A model generated the notes under the pieces. That model was not told where the DNA came from. It was given only the letters and a program-made list of their open reading frames with translations, and made no database searches. Shown piece after piece: positions 61,002 to 64,000 of a DNA stretch of 64,000 nt (the stretch's first letter is position 1; each line of letters opens with the position of its first letter). The stretch lies in NCBI GenBank assembly GCA_963703045.1, contig OY969782.1, positions 2,157,771 to 2,221,770 on the forward strand, given 5' to 3'. The translations under genes and the position numbers were made by a program. This DNA is from Miltoncostaeaceae bacterium. GTDB taxonomy: Bacteria > Actinomycetota > Thermoleophilia > Miltoncostaeales > Miltoncostaeaceae.

Positions 61002-62639
61002 CTACCGCCCGGGCGGCGGGGGCCCGCTGACCGCGCGGTCGTAGGTGTCGGCGGTCAGGCCGGCGTCGCGCAGCTCGACCTTGCGCACCCGTTCGGTCGG
61101 GGTCTTCGGCAGGTGGTCCAGCACCCGCACGAAGCGCGGGACGGCGAAGTAGGGCATCCGCTCGTCGAGCCACGACAGCAGGGCGGCCAGATCGGGCCGG
61201 CACCCCTCGCGGGGCACGAGGCAGACGAGGATCTCGTCCTCGGCCGACGCCCCCTCGGACGCGTGCACGCCGACCGCCGCCGCCTCGAGCACGTCGGGAT
61301 GCGACGCCACGATGCGCTCGACCTCCATCGACGACACGTTCTCGCCGCGGCGCCGGATGTAGTCCTTCACGCGGTCGAGGAAGTAGAGGTAGCCCTCCTC
61401 GTCGAGCCGGCCGAGGTCGCCGGTGTGCAGCTTGAGGTTGCGGAAGTCCTCGGCCGTCTTCTCGGGCATGCCGGCGTAGGAGCGCATGACGATGTTCGGC
61501 AGCTTCATGTCGACGACGATCTCGCCCGGCTGCCCCACGGCGACCGGCAGGTCCGACCCCGGATCGACCACGCTCACCTCGAAGCCGGGCGTCGCGACCC
61601 CGCAGCTCCCCGGCCGGCCCGGCCTCCCCGGCGGGTGGTAGGTGACCATCCCGGTCTCGGTGAGGCCGTAGCCCTCGATGAAGCGGACGCCGAAGCGCTC
61701 CTCGAAGCGCTCGTAGAGGTCCTTCGGCGCCGGCATGGCCATGACGCGGGTGACCCGGTGGGCCCGGTCGAGGTCGCTCGGGGGCGTGTTCCATATGAAG
61801 TAGTTGATGGCGCTGACCGTGTTGAGGATCGTGGCCTGCGCGTCGATCACCTGGCTCCAGAACCGCCCCGAGGAGTAGCGCTCGACGAACGCGATGCGGG
61901 CCCCGGCGATCATCGCCGGGTACGCCGCGAGCACCTGGGCGTTCGAGTGGAAGAGCGGCAGGCACGAGAAGAGGGTGTCCTCGCTCGTCACACCGCAGAC
62001 CTCGATGTAGGTGCGACCCGAGAAGTAGTCGGAGGCGTGCTGCTTGATCGCGCCCTTCGAGCGGCCGGTCGTGCCCGAGGTGAACATCACGCGCGCGTCG
62101 TCGGTCCAGGCCACCTCGACGCCCGGGTCGTCGGCGGGGGCGTCCATGAGCGCCTCGAAGGTCTCCCAGCGCACCCGCGGGTCGGGGCCGTCGCGCTCGC
62201 CGCGCTCGAGCACCACCACGTGCTCGAGGTCGGGCAGGTCGTCCGCGACCTGGTCCAGCCGGCCGAGGAACGACGCGTCCACCACGAGGAAGCGCGACCG
62301 CGGCAGGTTGATCACCCACGAGAGGAAGTCGCCCCGGTACGCCAGGTTGATCGGGCACTGCACCGCGCCGGCGCGCTGGATGCCGAACCAGGTCGCGATG
62401 TTCTCCTCGCAGTTCGGCAGGAGCGTCGAGACGGCCTCGCCGGGGCGCAGGCCGCGCGCGATCAGGGCGTTGGCGATGCGGTCCGCGCGCGCGTCCATCT
62501 CCCCGTAGCCGATCCACGGCCCGTCGCCGACGCGCAGGTAGTCGCGGTCGGGATCCCTCTGGGCGCGGCGCCGCAGGATGGCGGGGAGGACCCAGTCGGC
62601 GGGGTCCTCGCGGAGGTACCAGTCGGACCATTCGCTCAT
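61002..62639 (-). CDS. AMP-dependent synthetase/ligase (acyl-CoA synthetase family)
   Basis: AMP-binding motif VMFTSGTTGRSKGAIKQH, plus GYGLTETG, HTGDLG and RRGENVSS. Start taken at MSEWSDW (62639). Confidence 0.9.
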   Translation of the reverse strand: MSEWSDWYLREDPADWVLPAILRRRAQRDPDRDYLRVGDGPWIGYGEMDARADRIANALIARGLRPGEAVSTLLPNCEENIATWFGIQRAGAVQCPINLAYRGDFLSWVINLPRSRFLVVDASFLGRLDQVADDLPDLEHVVVLERGERDGPDPRVRWETFEALMDAPADDPGVEVAWTDDARVMFTSGTTGRSKGAIKQHASDYFSGRTYIEVCGVTSEDTLFSCLPLFHSNAQVLAAYPAMIAGARIAFVERYSSGRFWSQVIDAQATILNTVSAINYFIWNTPPSDLDRAHRVTRVMAMPAPKDLYERFEERFGVRFIEGYGLTETGMVTYHPPGRPGRPGSCGVATPGFEVSVVDPGSDLPVAVGQPGEIVVDMKLPNIVMRSYAGMPEKTAEDFRNLKLHTGDLGRLDEEGYLYFLDRVKDYIRRRGENVSSMEVERIVASHPDVLEAAAVGVHASEGASAEDEILVCLVPREGCRPDLAALLSWLDERMPYFAVPRFVRVLDHLPKTPTERVRKVELRDAGLTADTYDRAVSGPPPPGR

Positions 62640-62724
62640 CGGGTGCGGAGTAGACCACACCGGCGCGCCCGGGGTGGTGCCCGGGGGTCAAGACCGGGCG
62701 GCCGTCGGCCGATCCCCTCCCCAC

Positions 62725-62985
62725 ATGGCGATCCACCGCGACGACCCCCGGCTCTCGGCCCGTGCCCGTTCCAACCTCGTGTACGGACTCGACGCGCTCG
62801 GCCCCCACACCGAGGCGCCGCTGCGCGTCCGTGGCCACGCCATCGGACGCGGCAACGACGTCTTCGACGTCGAGGAGGAGTTCGAGCTCGGTCCGCGCGG
62901 CCGGCGCTTCCTCATCTCGGTCGACGTCCTCGCCCGCGAAACGCTGCTGCTCGCCATGGGCGGCGAACCAGGAGCACTGACATGA
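62725..62985 (+). CDS. hypothetical protein (86 aa)
   Basis: MAIHRDDPRLSARARSNLVYGLDALGPH... has high G/C third positions. The opposite-strand ORF 62688..63314 is low-complexity Arg/Gly/Ala. Confidence 0.5.
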   Translation: MAIHRDDPRLSARARSNLVYGLDALGPHTEAPLRVRGHAIGRGNDVFDVEEEFELGPRGRRFLISVDVLARETLLLAMGGEPGALT

Positions 62986-63260
62986 GCCCGACGCTCGAAC
63001 CCATCACCGTCTCCCAGGTGCAGGTGCTCTGCCAGCGCGTGCGCTCGGCCGGATCGCCGAACGCGAAGGCCCGCCCCCCACTGGCGGCCGAGTACCGGCG
63101 CCTGTCGGGCCTGCTCGGGGTCGAGCCCGAGATCGTCGAGACCGGTCTCGACCTGCAGCGCGCCTCCGCCGGCCTGCTGCGGGCCGCCGCGCACGCCGAG
63201 GCCGTGGCCGCCCAGTCGCCCGCCGCGCGCCTGCGCCGCGCGGGCACCCGCACCCCCTAG
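62982..63260 (+). CDS. hypothetical protein (92 aa), ATGA-coupled to the preceding ORF
   Basis: MSPTLEPITVSQVQVLCQRVRSAGSPNAKARPPLAAEYRRL... has high G/C third positions and a 4-nt overlap with the upstream stop. Confidence 0.5.
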   Translation: MSPTLEPITVSQVQVLCQRVRSAGSPNAKARPPLAAEYRRLSGLLGVEPEIVETGLDLQRASAGLLRAAAHAEAVAAQSPAARLRRAGTRTP

Positions 63261-63310
63261 CGCCTCCGGCTGCGGGCGCGACGGAGCCGTCGCGCCCGCC
63301 CGGGACGCCC

Positions 63311-64000
63311 TCACGCCGGCGGGATGTGGTGCCCGCCCCGGAACATGTCGCCGGGGTCGTAGAGCGCCTTCGTCATCCGCAGCCGCCGCCAGGTCCCCGC
63401 GTCGAAGAAGGCGCGGGCGTCGGCCGGCCGCTCGACGAAGTTCGGGTAGTCCCCGACCCGGTACGGCCGCATGGCGTCCTGCACGCGGTCCAGCGACGCC
63501 GCGACGGCCGCCTCGGTGACCTCGTCCTCGACCACCCCGAGCGAGAACAGGCTGAAGGTTCCGGGTAGCGTCGCGCGCGCCCCCGCGCCGGGCGCCCGCC
63601 GCCCCAGCGCGCCGCCCATGTGGCGCATCTGCACCATCGCCAGCGACGTGCCGGCGAGCGACCCGGGCCCCGCCGCGTCGAGCAGCGCGTCCATCCCGGC
63701 GGCCGGCAGGTCGCCCAGCAGGTGGTGGGCGCTGCGGTAGGGCAGGGGCTCGGCCGGGTCCTCCATGGCGAGTCCCGCGAGGACGGACGGCGGCCCCGTC
63801 GCGAGGGTGTCGATCATCGGCCCCAGGCGGCGCAGCGGCGACAGCAGGGCGCGGCCCTCGGCCTCGCCGCCGAGATGGGCCGCCATCACGACCGCGATCG
63901 AGGCGCCGCGGAACGGGTCGGGCATCTCCGGCACGTCGGGGAAGTGGAACATCGTGGCCCAGCTCATGAGCTCGTCGGGGAACCCCGGCAGCAGCTCGTT
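63311..64000 (-). CDS. FAD-linked oxidase, C-terminal (BBE-like) part; the 5' end lies outside the window
   Basis: The C-terminus ...RPYRVGDYPNFVERPADARAFFDAGTWRRLRMTKALYDPGDMFRGGHHI is typical of berberine-bridge-type FAD oxidases. The reading frame stays open to the window edge. Confidence 0.65.
   Translation of the reverse strand, partial: NELLPGFPDELMSWATMFHFPDVPEMPDPFRGASIAVVMAAHLGGEAEGRALLSPLRRLGPMIDTLATGPPSVLAGLAMEDPAEPLPYRSAHHLLGDLPAAGMDALLDAAGPGSLAGTSLAMVQMRHMGGALGRRAPGAGARATLPGTFSLFSLGVVEDEVTEAAVAASLDRVQDAMRPYRVGDYPNFVERPADARAFFDAGTWRRLRMTKALYDPGDMFRGGHHIPPA

Noticed and set aside
62688-63314. 208-aa minus-strand ORF
   Set aside because: It has a Gly/Arg/Ala low-complexity translation, whereas the plus strand holds two compact ORFs with proper codon bias.

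Overview
This window is about 70% GC by eye and looks like chromosomal DNA of an actinobacterial type. Genes are densely packed, and many neighbours share ATGA, GTGA or TGATG stop/start overlaps. All calls come from reading the ORF translations and the DNA directly. No database search was possible, so family names rest on recognised motifs.

**Background content.** I support about 65 genes. Housekeeping genes include an aceE/E2/lpd pyruvate dehydrogenase cluster, pyrD, xthA, lon and hsp20, a monothiol glutaredoxin/BolA pair, moaA with XdhC- and MocA-type molybdoenzyme maturation genes, and adenosine deaminase. Regulators and transporters include three NarL-type two-component sets, three TetR regulators, two MFS pumps, an MMPL transporter and a Kef-type antiporter with its RCK_C partner. 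There is one tRNA-Lys(UUU). Many very long ORFs in the track are stop-free artefacts of the high GC content and were rejected. I saw no CRISPR array, transposase or integrase.

**Main candidates for follow-up:**
- **Micro-ORF locus (about 13.1-16.5 kb).** A 43-codon Ser/Lys-rich micro-ORF is missing from the ORF track. It has a strong RBS and sits behind a palindrome-bearing promoter region shared with a divergent orphan LuxR-type response regulator. A GC-rich stem-loop follows it, then an ABC exporter translationally coupled to a minimal Ser/Thr kinase.
- **Secreted operon (25.98-28.93 kb).** It encodes a WxL-like small protein, a seven-blade FG-GAP propeller carrying the same domain, and a chaperone-like protein.
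- **tRNA-Lys half-copy.** A 43-nt direct repeat of the tRNA-Lys 3' half brackets a 1.87 kb insert holding a single secreted-protein gene.
- **Degenerate signalling proteins.** A histidine-less kinase paralogue sits next to a normal kinase, and a response regulator carries a degenerate cyclase-homology domain.

**Frame disruptions.** Five genes show single-nucleotide frame disruptions, most clearly at short G/C runs. These are either assembly indels or pseudogenes.
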